NCBI GenBank assembly: GCA_964247055.1
Contig: OZ176059.1
Location: 3,472,001-3,536,000, forward strand
Length of the DNA: 64,000 nt
Source: Paragordius varius
Lineage: Eukaryota; Animalia; Nematomorpha
Direction of reading: 5' to 3'
The notes beneath the pieces are model-generated. The model was given only the letters and a program-made list of their open reading frames with translations, ran no database searches and had not been told where the DNA came from. A program made the position numbers and the translations under genes. Shown piece by piece: positions 1 through 13,739 of this stretch. Within the stretch, counting starts at the first letter, position 1. The number at the start of each line of letters is the position of its first letter.

Positions 1-330
1 AAAAAATTAAATTTAAAATATTTGTTTATATTTTAAGTGTTGCCCGATTTTTTAAGACTGGGAAAGCAATAATATCCTATATTTATATATATGCACTTTT
101 TAGAGAATAAAATTTTACTGAGTGCCCCTAACTATCATGAGGGGGGGGGGGGTATACAGTCAAATTAAGATTTTAGGAAGGTTTTGTAATATTTAAATTG
201 AAATTTTTGTTAATTGAACAATTAAAGTAATATATCTATTTATGGTCAAAAATTTCAGTTTTATAGGAGATGACAACTGTTAACGTTCAGATAGTGTATT
301 TTTATATATCTGATATATATTAAATATTTA
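1..330 (+). repeat. Copy of a dispersed AT-rich repeat block (also at ~32040-32430 and ~36960-37300)
   Basis: Shared ordered motifs (a/c)tgggaaag(c/t)aata, tatgca, gagtgccc/gagtgcca...ggaggg, aattaaagta and rcaaaaat in the copies; each lies just after a right end of the CGGAC MITE family. Confidence 0.6.
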
Positions 331-540
331 TATAAAAATAGAAAAAAGTATAAATTAATTGGAAAAATATCATTTGGGTAAAATACATTATATATTGCTT
401 TTTATTTTGAAAAAAATTTGAATTTATTTGGTCCTTCAAGCCAAATTTCATGACAATAAGTAATTTACGAGTATTATTATATGTTTTGTTACTTATGCAA
501 TATTATTAGATTTATATTTATGCGTGACTCTCTAATTTAA

Positions 541-900
541 CCGTAGAACCTATTAATTATATGAAAAGCTTAGACCCACTTTATTGTTGACCACTTCACA
601 TTATTTTAGGCCGATTGGCAATACAACGTATAAGTAAAAAATAACAAAGGGTTTGAAATAAACATTTCCTATAGTTACACATTTAATTTGTTTATTAGTT
701 TATGGACAGAAGTTGTTTTATATCATACGTTACTATATAGCTAATTGGCCATGATTAATTTTGGCTTTAATAATGCAATTATAAAGATAAACTCCAAAAC
801 AGACCAGTCAAAGAATGTGCCAAATATTTAATTAACTTATTAAGTCATTTTATTTTCAGAAAGTTTTCATAAAATTAATAAAATCTCAATATATTTTATT
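541..900 (+). repeat. Long repeat unit, distal block A (adjacent to ZNF 3' end)
   Basis: cccactttattgttgaccacttcacattatttt...tttatggaca...atcatacg.tacta.atagctaattggcca recurs at ~13860, 35160, 46990 and 51530, and inverted at ~34520. Confidence 0.8.
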
Positions 901-934
901 TATAAAAAGATATGATATTATATACAAATAATAT

Positions 935-1291
935 TTATTTTTGTACATTTTTAATATATGGTTGGTAATAGTGCTTTTTTGAGTAAATTTTTTATTACAT
1001 GTCGGACAAGGATATTTAACTTGTTCATGAACAGGCTGAATGTGACAAGAGAGCCTTTTTGAGAAAATTCAGTTATACAAATAGGACATTCATGTTCAAT
1101 TTTTTTGTGTGCAGAGATGATGTGCCTAGCAAAATTGCTTTTATACGAAAATATCTTTGAACAAATCTTGCACGGATATTTAATGGGTTCATGAACAGAT
1201 TTATTATGAAAAATAACCCCGAAGGCGTTTTATATATTTTTTTATATTGCAAACATTCAGACATTTTTTCAAAGTTCGCTAGAGTATTCAT
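935..1291 (-). pseudogene. C2H2 zinc-finger gene remnant (about 4 fingers, frameshifted), copy A
   Basis: Frame-hopping translation gives YPCKICSKIFSYKSNFARHIISAH, ECPICITEFSQKGSL and YPCPTCNKKFTQKSTITNHI; homologous to 7385-8170 and 52251-53069. Confidence 0.85.
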
Positions 1292-1429
1292 TTTTTAGGC
1301 TTTGCATTATTAAACTTATTATGAATATTATTCTCATTTTTGCCATATAAGTACATCTTTTTCGAAATCAATTATTTTTTATATTTTTGATAGTCTTTTC
1401 AGCGAAAGGATAATTTATATTAACTAAAA

Positions 1430-3183
1430 TAGGTTTATATACATAATAATATTAAATATAAAGAAGATGGCTACTTATTATGTTATTAATAATACATACA
1501 ATAAATATTCATTTGTAATAGAAAAAAACTTTTAAAAAGATCATCATAGATTAATAACGAAAACATCTTTTTAGATAAATTTTATAAATAATTATTTAAT
1601 GTGATAAAATCTATTAAAAAATAATAATCGTTGACCTTGTGAACTAATTCTCAACTTCAACTAGAAGAAAGTCAAATTTTTAACCAAATTAAATTCAGCT
1701 ATACATAAATTTATAATTTACCCTACGTAAAATAAATCTGCGCATTTTAGGGTAGAATTTGTAACATATTGTGAGTTTTTAAAAAAAAATATATCTTTTT
1801 TTTACTTTATGTGAATAGTCAATATTTTTTTATTTAAAAAATAAGATAAGGTGCTTAAAGTTAAATTAAAATCTTCCTACATCATTTTGTATAGAACGTG
1901 TATTTATTTCAACATTTCGGCTGTTTAGTTATTTTATAAGTTTTATCAACTTGTTAATCTATGACTTGAATTCTTAGCTCAATATATTTTATAATATAAT
2001 TATTGGCATATGAAACATGAGTTGTTAGAACCTATAAATTAAAAAAATACTCAAACCATTAGTATATCATATATGTATGTAGTATGTTATTAGATATGAT
2101 TAAATTGACGCATTTTATATAGCCAATTTATATTCATTTTTTTGCCCATCAGTTTATGACATTTCTGTTTTATAACCAATTTTAGTTTTATTTTATGAGC
2201 GTGTAATAGTATTTATTTTGGAACACTTCTGGTATATGTTTTATGGAAATATATGTTTTATTCCCATATCTTGGTTACCCTTTTGTTTCATCAAAATTTC
2301 TTACCAAATTAGTGCTTTAGTTTACGGTATTCAGCTTAGTCATGATGGTTATTAATATGAATATAAATTTTAGAGAGGGTGATAAGTTAAAAATTTATTA
2401 CTGTTTTAAGAGGCCAAATTTTAACCTTGACTTTTATATAAGTTATATAACTGGAAATTTAGGGGATTAAGATATAACTTAATAACATTTGATTACTGTT
2501 ATTTTAAACTAGTAGTCATTTAACTTATAGTACAATGAAAAAAATTTGGATTTATAAAATTTATTCGTAACATGTTTTGTCAAACAATCTATCTTTACGC
2601 ATATATAAAATTATTTTAATAATTCTTACGTAAATGGGAAAATAATAATTTTTATATGTATGTTAATTTTTTTGGATGATATATTACAGAATATAACTTT
2701 AAGTGAAAATAAAGGCGCTATTTCAAATAATACTGTTGGAACACAATTATAAATAGAGGGGCGGATATAGATGGATAACACTCCTAAATTAATATTTAAA
2801 ATACAGATTTTTTTTAGGATAAAACACAAAAACATAAGGACAAATGTTTTTTAAAAGACAGCTGTACTTTTATAAACTAGATGTATTTTAAAATACCTCT
2901 TTGGTATAAACTATAAAGTAAAAGATGTCTATTAATTACACAATCAATTATGTAATATTATACACTTAACAAACTTATATAGGCAAAAATAAGGTTTAAG
3001 AATGGTTGTCTTTAAAAAATGTTTGTCATTATTTTAATTTTTTCTATTTATATTTTTTGTAAATAGATAGCTTTGTATAAACTTAATTCCTATATACAAT
3101 TATCTATAAGAAACCGCATATAATATAAGCGCATATATATTTTATAGAAAAAAGATAATTTAACTTTTGATGTGGTATATATT
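1430..3183 (+). repeat. Long repeat unit, proximal block X (paralogue of ~59990-61530)
   Basis: Colinear with 60158-61530, from cgttgaccttg...gaactaattctcaacttcaactagaagaaagtc to aaatagaggg.gc.gatata. Confidence 0.9.
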
Positions 3184-4993
3184 GGGCCTGCTGAATAAAA
3201 GCTAGTATATACTGAAAACTAGGTTTTTTCCAGTATATACTAGCTATGTATTGAATAAAAAAATATATTGCTTTTACTATCCAGTACGTACTATGTTTAC
3301 CAGCATTTACTGACAAATATCATTGAATAAAAATTGTATTTTTACAAATTTTACCTAGTAGTTACTGGTTTTTTTTAAGCTGGTAAATGGCAACATTTTA
3401 AACTATTATTTTTTTATTTAAAATAATATCGGTTATATTTTTATAAAATTTCTAAGATAAATGTTTTTTTAAATTACATGATTCATATTTAAATATTATT
3501 TGTTTTATTATTAATAATAATTTTTTTCCTTTTCTATTTTAAGCTTTGTGAGTTCAATTTGCAGAGATTATTACTTTTGTTAAAAAATATTGTTTTTTTT
3601 TCAAGAATGTCCACAATTATATAATTTTCTTCTATCATTTCATTTTTGTGTAAAATATTTGAGTTTATATACTTTATAATGACCTTAATTTTATTTTATG
3701 AACATTTAAATTATAAATATTTGAGTGAATATTTTTGAATGAACCTATTTTTTATATAAAAAACCACCGATTTATTCAAAATCGAGTTATGACTAAGATA
3801 AAATGACCTTTTCATATTTTGATTAAAAATTAAATATATCTTTAAGGAAACTAACTCCCAGGATGCAAATGGAGGTATTTAAAATATCATAAATCTAAAT
3901 TTTGTGTTAAGCTTTCTTCGAGATCCGGGATATCAAGCGAGTGCAGGACATGATTTTAATGTTCATAGTTCCACAATATGCAATACTATACCTAAAGTTA
4001 TGGACGAAATAGTATCAAATTCTCATCAATGGATAAAATTTCCCAAGTCATTTGAAGAGCTTAATATGGCGAATAAATTATGGCTATCCAAATATAAAAT
4101 GCCAACTGCTATTGGTTGCATTGATTGTTCACACTTTGAAATATAAAGACCTAAAGAAAATGTTGATGCCTATATAAATCAAAAGATGTACAATTTACAT
4201 GTAATGCCAATGAAGAAATTACATCCGTGGATGCACAATGGCCACGATTCAAGGATATGGCGAAACACGATTGTTCAGTCATATATGTGGAAACAAAATG
4301 TTCTGTTTGTTAGGTGTAATGATTATCCACTATTCTATCATCCTGGCTCCTAACCCCCTTCAAAAATATGATGATCGATAACGAGAAAAATTCAATAAAT
4401 TACATTGTTCTGAAAACCTTATCGAGCGTGTTTTCGGTCAGATGAACACCTGATTTCCTATACTTGGTAACGAAATTCGTATTAGAACGAATACCAAAAC
4501 TTATATTAACATGTTCCATATTACATAATGTATCCAAATATATTAACGAACCTCTAACAGATTTTGATAATAATTCATATTTTGATATTGAATATGTGGA
4601 GGGTTGAGAAGCAAACATTGGAACCCAGATACTCATGTCTGGCAAAATGAAACGATAGATTCAATTGATCAAATATTATTTTGATTTATTTTTTGTATAT
4701 TTATGAATAAATATGTATTAATAATTGCATTATTTAAAAAAATGGGTAGATAATCGATATTTAATTTTCCAAAAGTTACTTTCTATTTTCATATGAATTT
4801 TTCAAACGCATTTTATGAATGAAATCGAAAACTAATAAAAAAACAAAATGAAAATAAACATTTTACACATACTAAAGACTTAAGTACGTACATGATAGTA
4901 AGTACCTATTTTTATTCAATGTTTTTTCAAAAACTGGTACATACTAACAAGCACCTACAACCCAGTAGGTGCTTGTTTTTATACAGCAAGCCC
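3184..4993 (+). mobile_element. PIF/Harbinger DNA transposon (defective, 1810 bp)
   Basis: TIRs GGGCCTGCTGAATAAAA (3184) and reverse-complement GGGCTTGCTGTATAAAA (ends 4993); ATT on both flanks (3-bp TSD); internal HARBI1-like transposase. Confidence 0.9.
3845..4640 (+). pseudogene. Harbinger (HARBI1-like DDE) transposase, frameshifted
   Basis: QMEVF..LSFLRDPGYQ, AIGCIDCSHFEI, ITSVDAQWP-HDSRIWRNT and downstream LIERVFGQ match PIF/Harbinger transposase motifs. Confidence 0.85.
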
Positions 4994-5191
4994 ATTGTTT
5001 CATATTATTGGGTATTACGTTTGCTATATCTACATTCTTAAAGGACATTTTTCTTATATTTTTTCGCTAAAAACTATAAATATACTTAAAGAATTAAGTT
5101 AATGTTTGATTGCTATAATATAGAATCGTATCTAAGGTGTTAAATTAATATTAGTATTACACTTCCGAAATCGGTAAGTATAAAAAATAAC

Positions 5192-5226
<35 letters not shown>

Positions 5227-6126
5227 TGATAGGAAAATGTATCAAAATTAGGTGCTTTAGGTTTACCTTACAAGTGGTATAAGAAAGTTATTTATACTTT
5301 TGTGGTGCGTGCTCAATATCAGTAAATGGCAAAGCACATTTTGTAATAATTTTTTTTGGTGAAAACTATAAACTTCATTTCTAAAAATATCACTAAAATA
5401 TATCATAAACTAAAAAAATTTTAAAATTAGGCACAGATAGTCCCAAATTTTTACGCTTTCTAAAATGGGCTATCCCCCTAATATAAAGAAAAAATGCCGA
5501 GATTGCGCGATAATAATTTAAATATATGTTAAATTTTTAATAATAAAAATTATTATAAATGCAAAATTTTTCAAAAATCTAATATTTAGCACATCAAATT
5601 ATTTTTGAGGTATAATGGAAACAGTATAAAAGTATTTATATTATAAAAACACTATTTTCTACATAATTCGATGATGTTAAACATTTCTATCATGGCAGAA
5701 CTTTGATTAAAAGATCTGTTTATATTCAAGTTAAATATAAATTTTTAAAATCCCAGGAATTCGAAGCAAACAAATTTTTTATATTAAGATTCTCTACCTT
5801 TCGATATAGTATCACTAATTATAGAGATAATCTGTTATTAATATATCATAAAGCGTTTTTAAACCTCCATAAAATTATTTTAAGAAACGTGTAACAATTT
5901 TCGGACAAATTATATCAAATAAGAAACAAACCTATAATCCAAAAGCATGTATTTTATTGAAAATAGCAGAGCTGTATACCCTTACATTAATTAAATAGAT
6001 GGCCTATTTTTACATAATATGCATTGCAATTATTGATTTGTGTTAAAATAAATATTTATTCTTAGCAAGATATAAATATTCATATTATTTAAGTTTTATG
6101 AAATATAAGCATAACATATTTATCAT

Positions 6127-6130
<4 letters not shown>
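4994..6130 (+). repeat. Long repeat unit, blocks Y-Z (continuation of 1430-3183)
   Basis: Colinear with 61590-62480 and 48490-49300 (aaatggcaaa, agtcccaaatttt, ggaaacagtataaaag, aacaattttcggacaaattatatc, taaatagatggc). Confidence 0.9.
5195..5224. repeat. (TA)n microsatellite; others at ~6128-6163, 28776-28817, 31450-31482 and 44611-44635
   Basis: Direct inspection. Confidence 0.95.
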
Positions 6131-6164
<34 letters not shown>

Positions 6165-7139
6165 ATCTTTATAAATACCGTAAATAAATTTAGCAATGGC
6201 GAAGGCCTGTTTTGAATTTTTATCAATATGATGAAAACAGTTTTACACGCGATTTATATGTGAGTCTTATTAAAAAGTTTTGTTTATATTATTTGTAGAA
6301 ATCCGTGCATCTTTATGAATCCGTAAATAAATTTAGCAATGATGAAAAGCTTAAGGTCTGGAAGGCTTTAGCCAAGAAATGATCAATATTTAAATATTTA
6401 TAAAATATACTCATTTATTGTGTAAAAATAAATTATTACAAAATTATGTCAAATTAATTCGTTTCTCCGATCTACTCCTGTTTGATGGCTATTCGATATA
6501 AGAGCTGTCTGATCTTTCCTCATTATCTATGCTTTTATTGAAATATATATTACTGAATCCAAACCAAATTTAAAAATAATCGATAGTATTCCTGATGATA
6601 TTAGCATTTAAATGGTTTCAAGTGAGTATAAAAATTATTTATGACATATTCAAAATTCTTGAAAAAACGTTTCAGTAGTTAGTACAATGATTTTCTAAAT
6701 TTTCAGTTGAACTTACTAAACTTGAACTGACTACTATTTATTGCCTAAATATATAAAAATAAAGCACTAAAACATTATAAGCTTTAGTAAGCATTTGCCC
6801 GAAAAATATTTTTTGATACATGTCACAAAATTTCCATTAACTACAATATACATATATTAAATTTACTTTATTTAGGCTAATACAGTTTTCACATTCCAAA
6901 AATTTATCCTAGTTCTCGAGATATCGGCTTTTGTAATAACCTTAATCCTGAAAAAACCAGGATTAACAACTGGCTAATTCACATGGCCCTAAAGCCTCTT
7001 AATAATTTAATACCATAATAAATATTTTTAGCACTACGTCTATTTTCAATATATGCCTTTTAGGATGAAAAATTTTGAAGTATCTAAAATTGTGAAATAA
7101 ACCCACATTTTTGCCGCCATTTTTTCTTTAATTTTTTAA

Positions 7140-7384
7140 ACCGTAAATACACATTAAATTTAGTTATTAGTTTTATATCATACGCTACTATGTAGCTAAT
7201 TGGCCACTGTAATTGATTTTCAAGAATTTACAAAATTAAACTCCAGAATAGACCAGTCAATAAAAAGACAAATATTTATTTAATTATTAAGTAGTTTTTA
7301 ATACATTTTCCAAAAGGTCGCCATAAAATACGTAGAATCTCAAAATATTTTATATATAAAAAGATAAGATATCAACAAAAGATA
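7140..7384 (+). repeat. Long repeat unit, end of block A
   Basis: ttttatatcatacgctactatgtagctaattggcca...aaactccagaatagaccagtcaa matches 715-810. Confidence 0.8.
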
Positions 7385-8170
7385 TTTATTATGTACATTT
7401 TTAATATGCTTGGCAAGATTGCTTTTTTCGGTATATTCCTTCAAATCGGACATTCATGTTTAATTTTTTCGTGAACAGCATGCATGTGTGTTGCAAGAGA
7501 GCCTTTATGAGAAAAATCAGTTTTACATATCGGACATTGGTGTTTAATTTTCTCATGAACCGATTTAATGTGCTAAGCAAGATTTTCTTTTTGAGAAAAC
7601 CCATATTGGAACATGCGAATTTGACTTGTTCATGAACAGAACGAATATGTTTGGTCAAGCCGCTTTTATCCTTATAAATTTTATCACATTGAATACATCT
7701 ATTATCATTCTCCAATTTTTAAAAGTTTAAAGATTTAATAGGTTTTGTTTTGTTATCATCAAATAGATTGTTAATATCATTTAGGCTTATATCATTGGAA
7801 TCAATACTGTCGCACACCGGAGTAATTTTATTAATAGTTTTTGGTGATTTTTTCAGAGAAAGATCTAAAGGTTTAGTCTGTTCTCCTACCAAATCAATTA
7901 TTAGGGTATCTTTAGTATTTTCATCATTAGAATTATTATTTTGTAAGGTATTTTCGCTTTTATGTTCCCTTAAATAACAAAGGTTATGGAAAGAAGCGTT
8001 CAAAATTCTTCTTAAATCATCGTTTGTAAAATCTTCATTTTCCAATAAATCAAGAAATGAAGCCGGTTTAGCTGGATCATCAATATAGGTTTCTTGTTGA
8101 TTTTTTAGTTCTACTTTATAAAGTTTAGTATCGAGATCACACCAAAGTTTGTAAGTCGAATCGCCAAAAT
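7385..8170 (-). pseudogene. C2H2 zinc-finger gene with N-terminal domain and PLDLS motif, copy B (nonsense and frameshift lesions)
   Basis: After a ttttag acceptor: DFGDSTYKLWCDLDTKLYKVELKNQQETYIDDP...EDFTNDDLRRILNASF...TKPLDLSLKK...; then CIQCDKIYKDKSGLTKHIRSVH and three further, partly broken fingers. TAA at 7719-7721 where copy D has CAA. Confidence 0.9.
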
Positions 8171-8306
8171 CTAAAAATTTGTTTGATTTGATTATAATAT
8201 TTTATAAATGGTGAGACGAAATGACATACGTTAAAAAAGGTTTAAAATCAAGTTAACAGACATTAGTTAAATATCACTGAAACAGTAAAAATTGGAATTG
8301 CTTAAA

Positions 8307-8523
8307 CAGACAAAAAGATAAATATTTTTTATAAAAAGACAACTATAATTTTTTTAATATTAATTTTTTCAAAATAAATTATTTACTTACGTTGTGATAT
8401 ATATAAATGAATGCATTACCAATCGATATCTCTATATAATACTTTACAGATTAAAACATTCAATTATCATTTAAATAAATTTAAATAGTATAAGAATTTT
8501 TTTTATGTTTTACGTTTTGTCCG
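8307..8523. mobile_element. MITE family 1 (CGGAC...GTCCG TIR)
   Basis: cagacaaaaagataaat...aaaagacaa / tttacgttttgtccg. Confidence 0.65.
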
Positions 8524-9229
8524 TTTAATTTCAATTTTTACTGTAATATTTGAGAAATTTTGCAAATAACTTTAACATAAGCAACTGAAAAATAATAATT
8601 ATTTGTTATTAATATAAGGTTGCCTATCGCATATGGTAAAATATTTAAAATATGAACCCTAAAAATGACAAAACTATAAGATTAATTAAAATTTTAAAAT
8701 ATATAATATTTTTCTTAAAAAACCGGTTTTTTATTAAATTAAAAAAGTAAAATATAACTAGAATTATTATATAATCAGTTTATATAATATTACCAATAAA
8801 AATGTATATAAATTTTAATATAAAGTATTTTAGATTATTAATGATTGGTAATATAATAGATTATGATAATTTTAATTATATAATATTTTTTGATATTATT
8901 TTATGAATTTTAAATTAATTATTAATAACATAAACTATACATAAAATTAAAAATAATTAAAAAAATTACGAATTCCAAATCTAAAAAATAATCTTATAAT
9001 ACCATAGTTTTTTGAATTTAGTAATATACATATTATGTTACTATTTAAGATAATTTATATTAAATAAAATTACAAAAATATAATCCATTAATTGAACAAT
9101 TTAATTCAATTAATTTATAATATTTTTTAAAAATTAGAGATATAAATAAGGAAAATAAAATTAATAATTAATTTATATATAAAAATAATTTAAAATAATA
9201 TAATTAAAATATCATATAATGTATATTTA

Positions 9230-11100
9230 AATTAAAAATAAAAAATAAAAATTATACCCATTTTCCAAATAAATTTGAATATTTTTTCGAATAAATAAAA
9301 ACAGACAATTAATAAAAACCGTTTAAAAAGAAATCGTCTGTCGTTTCATTTAATACTTTTTCTATTATTTTGATGGTTTAAAACTTATAACTTTTGAAAT
9401 TAATATAAATACTTTATATTGCATTTATAAATAGTTAATTAATAACTAATTTTATTTTAAATTTACCAACCATATATATATATATATATATTAACAATTT
9501 TATCAGTTTTTATTGATAAATTATTTATTATTTAATTAAAAAAATATATTTTTTAATTATATTTATTAATTTTTTATTAAATCATTCTTGCATTTCTGAT
9601 ATCACACCTTTTTAAGAAGCAAGTAGTCAATTATATTTATTTACATATAAACCCCAAAAATAGGCGGGTAGAGTTTATTTAGATTTTATTATCCGCTTTA
9701 TATAAAATCAAATGATTCTTACTTTAAACCAGGAGTGGGCCGTGTTTGGGCCTTCAGAGACTTTGTGTGCGACCCGCGAATGGAATTCATAAATTGCAAA
9801 AACATGCTCATAAAATCTAGTAAAATTCATATTCCTAAGACGATTTTTTCTAAACCATTTTAAGAACGAGATGTATTTGTTATATTCATCTTTTAGTCAC
9901 ATATCTTATCAATATTTATTACGTGCCTAAATTAATTCAATATTCTAAAAAACAGCGTTTTGTTAAAATAAAATATAATTCAAGAAGAATAAGTATCTTA
10001 ACTTTTTCAGCAAAATTTAGGTCTCAAACATTATTTTAATTTGAATTATTAAAAAATCGTTTGCAAAAGATATTCCGTAAAATATAATATCATTCTATCA
10101 TATAATGAAAAGTGCTGTTTAATTTAAATTTTGTAAAAAAATTGTTTTATCATTTTAAAAATGGAATATTTTTATATCATAATAATAACTTTTCTTAGTT
10201 TATAGAATCTTCTAAGTAAAGAATATTTCAAATAAAATTATTATTATAAATTTTGTTGCAAAAGTAAAGTCTATATATGGTACAGAAATAGTCGACTTAA
10301 TTATTCAAATTTTGTGCTGTATATAAAAAGGCGAATTTTAGTGTTAGTTTTTAGTTTGTTTTAGATGATTTGGATTAGCGATGATTAAATATTTTATTTA
10401 TTTTAGCCAAAAATTTATAAAATTTATTAATATATAAAAAAATAACTTAGAATTAAATACATATTGGTATTAGTTTAGTAATATATATATGATAAATATG
10501 TTATGCTTATTAACCTCAAAAAATTAAAAATAAGTGAATATTTATACCTTGCAAAAAATAAATATTTATTTAAACACAGTTAGTATACTGTAACCCCTAC
10601 TACGGAGGAATTCTACATAAAAAATATGCCATTTGTTTAATAGGTGTAAGTAATATACGGCTCTGCTATTTACAATTTAAATTACATCCTAAATTTTGGA
10701 TTTTATAGGTATTTGTTATATGAAAACTCGTTTAAATTAATTTCATGGAAAAGGTATAAAAACGCTTTAAGATACATTAATAAAACTTTTTCTATATAAT
10801 TCAATAGTGATTTTTGAAAGATAAAGAATAATTAAAAAATTTGTTTACTATTGGAAATGTTTAAAAATTTATATCAAACTTGAAGAGATACAAATCTTTT
10901 AATCGAAGTTCTGCCGTGATAAAAATGTTTAGCATCATTGACTTATTTGGAAAAAGTGTTTTTATAATGTTAAAACACTTTACTGTTTCCATCAAACCTC
11001 AAAAAAATAGTATAAAGTACGCTTCAACAATTTGAAAATATATTTTTGATATACATTTTCATATAGATAATTTTAGTATTTACGGAATATCAGCATTTTT
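9230..11100 (-). repeat. Long repeat unit, inverted copy (blocks g-f-W-Z)
   Basis: tacccattttccaaat, aaatcgtctgtcgtttcattt, ttctgatatcacacctt, atttataccttgcaaa and aaatgtttagcatcat are reverse complements of blocks in 61900-63800. Confidence 0.85.
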
Positions 11101-11889
11101 GGGTATATTAGGGGAAACACATTTTCGAAGAGCATTATTTGGCACTTTCGGTTAAATTATTTTTTATTTTTATATTATGAGTTTATATTGCTAGAAAGTT
11201 ATTTATTATTGCCAAAAAGCATACAACAAAGAGAATTGATATTGGCTAAAAAAATAAATATTCTATCAGTGTTATTTAGTCATACTGTGGTTGAATATTT
11301 TTTATGATTAAATTAATTATTAATTTTTCTGTTTTTGTTAGCATATTACATATATAAATTAAAAATGATATTTAGGTTATTTTTTTGATTTAAACATTTT
11401 TTTAAATTATATATTTATTTTGATATAAATATTTATCAATAAATAATTTAATAATAATAAAATATTATTTCAGAAAAAAAATATATTATTAAATTGTAAT
11501 ATTTCTAAACTATTCCAATGTTTCATCAAATATTCATTACAAGACTAGTAAATTACATGATATTAAAATACATAAACGTTTTTATTAAATTAATAATTGG
11601 TAAAAATTATATAAATTGGATTTATTAATATTAATAAATGTACTTGTGTTTTGTATTTTAATTAAAAGAACACAACTTTTTGAGAAAATATTAAATTGTT
11701 TAAATTTTAAAATTTTAATTAAACTTTTATATATAGTTATGTTTTTAGTTTAATTTAGATTTACCAATCCAGCTATATAAGCGACTTTAGGCACCTTATA
11801 TTAATAATGATTATTTTATTTTATTTTTTAGTAAGTTGAAATCATTCACATGGCCCTAAGTCATTTCTTGGTCTGTAAAAATTTATTGC

Positions 11890-12910
11890 ATCATTTATAA
11901 TAATAATAATTACATTATATGATATTACTCTTTCGAGCGGTCATATCCGCAAACTATTTTGCCATAGAACCCTGGTTCAGTTTTGCCATGTCCCTCTTGA
12001 CTGTATCTATCCATCGCGTTTTAGAGCGCGCTTTTCCATCTTGCCTTTCACAATATAATCATCAATCTTTTTACCAATGTAATTAATATCTTTTCAACAT
12101 GTCCGAACCATCATCAACTTTAGTTTGATTTCCGTACTTCCTCTTCTGTAAACATTATTCACCTTGTCATTCCTCGTTACTCCGCACATCAATCTAAGCA
12201 TTCTCATTTCAGTAACCTCAAAGTGCCTCTCTTCTGATTTCTTTATTGCCCATGTCTGTGAGTTGTACATCATTGTTGGTTGTACAACAGCACTGTAAAT
12301 CTTACCTTTTACTTATAGGTCAATATTTTTTGCACAAAACACTTGAGATCTTTTTATAATTTAAACCTCTCTCCTATTTTGTCCCACGTGCCCATTGAAA
12401 TCACCACAAAATAGAATTTTTTTGTCTTTCGTTAATGAAGTCATTTCTGCCTCTAACAAATCCTAAAATTAATCTTTCTCCGGTTTAGTTAACCCTATCT
12501 GGGGGGCATAAACGCTAAAGATAGTAAAAACCCTCTTATTTAACAATAGGTCGACACTTATAATTCTACTGTCAGCACGTCTAACCTCAATTACTTGATT
12601 GGCAAATCTTGGGCACACTATTATGGCGACCCCACTGTAACCATCCGTAGAACCTGAATCAATCATTTTATAATTACCCTCTAACGTCTTAGTACCATTT
12701 CCACGGTATCTGGTCTCCTGAATGCCCAAAAATTTACTTTTTTTACCCTCATAGTTTCAACTAAATCATATAACTTACTTTTTAACGAACCAACATTTAT
12801 ACTGGCAAAACACATTCTACAACCTTCCTTATCCCTATTGGCCCCTACCTCCGTGCAGCGACTGGCCGGGTCTGGCCTGCACGCCTTACAAAAAACACTC
12901 ATAAAAAACA
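11890..12910 (-). mobile_element. RTE-clade LINE relic: APE N-half joined to post-RT C-terminus
   Basis: FASINVGSL, GIQETRY, GVAII, SVYAPQIG and GDFNGHVG (APE), then directly KGKIYSAVVQPTMMYNSQTWA...EMRMLRLMCGVTRNDK...RWIDTVKRDM. Confidence 0.9.
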
Positions 12911-13739
12911 AAAATACAATAAAGAAGAATAATATAGATGAAAATAAACACTAGATATATAGTAACTAATATGTAAAGCAACTAAAAAAGAATCAAGAAT
13001 TTTAACCAAAAATATAATAATAATCTATTAGGAATCACCTGATGGAATAATAACAATGACACCATAAATAATAATTTATTAGATAGTTGGCCATTATAAG
13101 AAAGTTTCACTTTCCTTAAAAAAAGGTTTAACTATAATAATATTCAGATCATTTAAGAATTATTATTAGGCCTGATAGCCAAAAATTAAATAATATTCTT
13201 TTGATGAATCAGGATTTTACTAACAATGAATAAGGTAGCTCAGTTACATTTTATATTTATAATATTTATAATAATTTTATCGATTTAAAAGAAACAAAAC
13301 TGCCACAATCAGTTAATAAAAAATATAAATTAAAATTATTAGAAATTTAAATTTATATGTTGTTCTATTAATATACATGCCATCTATTTAAAAATCATAT
13401 AAATTTTTTTGTTAATGATAAACATTCATCAACCACAATAACGAGAAGCTGATTTATTGCACAAAATATATTATTCATTTACTTATCTTTTCAACACATT
13501 AGATAATTAAAAAAATAGATATAACTGGATTTTATTTTATATTTTTGTTTCTATGTTTTTTTATAAATATTATACATTTATTTTATCATTAATTTTGCTT
13601 TAAGTAGTTTTATATATAAGTTTGTTTTATTTTTTCATGCTTTCTTTTTGAAAAATAGGCCATCGCACATAAATTACTGAATTATTTTAAGCTTATTTTT
13701 GAATTTCTATAAATATTTTATAGTTGTAGTTTATTAGTG

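Noticed and set aside
1645-1670. TAATTCTCAACTTC (also at ~60177) resembles an insect snRNA PSEA
   Set aside because: No recognisable snRNA follows at the expected distance in either copy.
5440-6010. Alternative genetic code (TAA/TAG = Gln), suggested by conserved in-frame TAA in repeat blocks and TAA/CAA swaps (7719; 49077)
   Set aside because: Stop frequency is about what such AT-rich DNA gives by chance, TGA also occurs in frame, and the long TE and ZNF frames here use CAA/CAG for Gln. C-to-T decay explains the swaps.
6975-6993. ttcacatggccctaa (also at ~11866) as a Harbinger MITE right end
   Set aside because: No corresponding left TIR was found for either copy.
10540-10560. TTATACCTTGCA resembles the DINE-1/Helentron subterminal motif
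   Set aside because: It lies inside the colinear repeat rather than at an end, and I found no paired subTIR with a 3' hairpin. A splice-donor reading on the other strand fits equally well.
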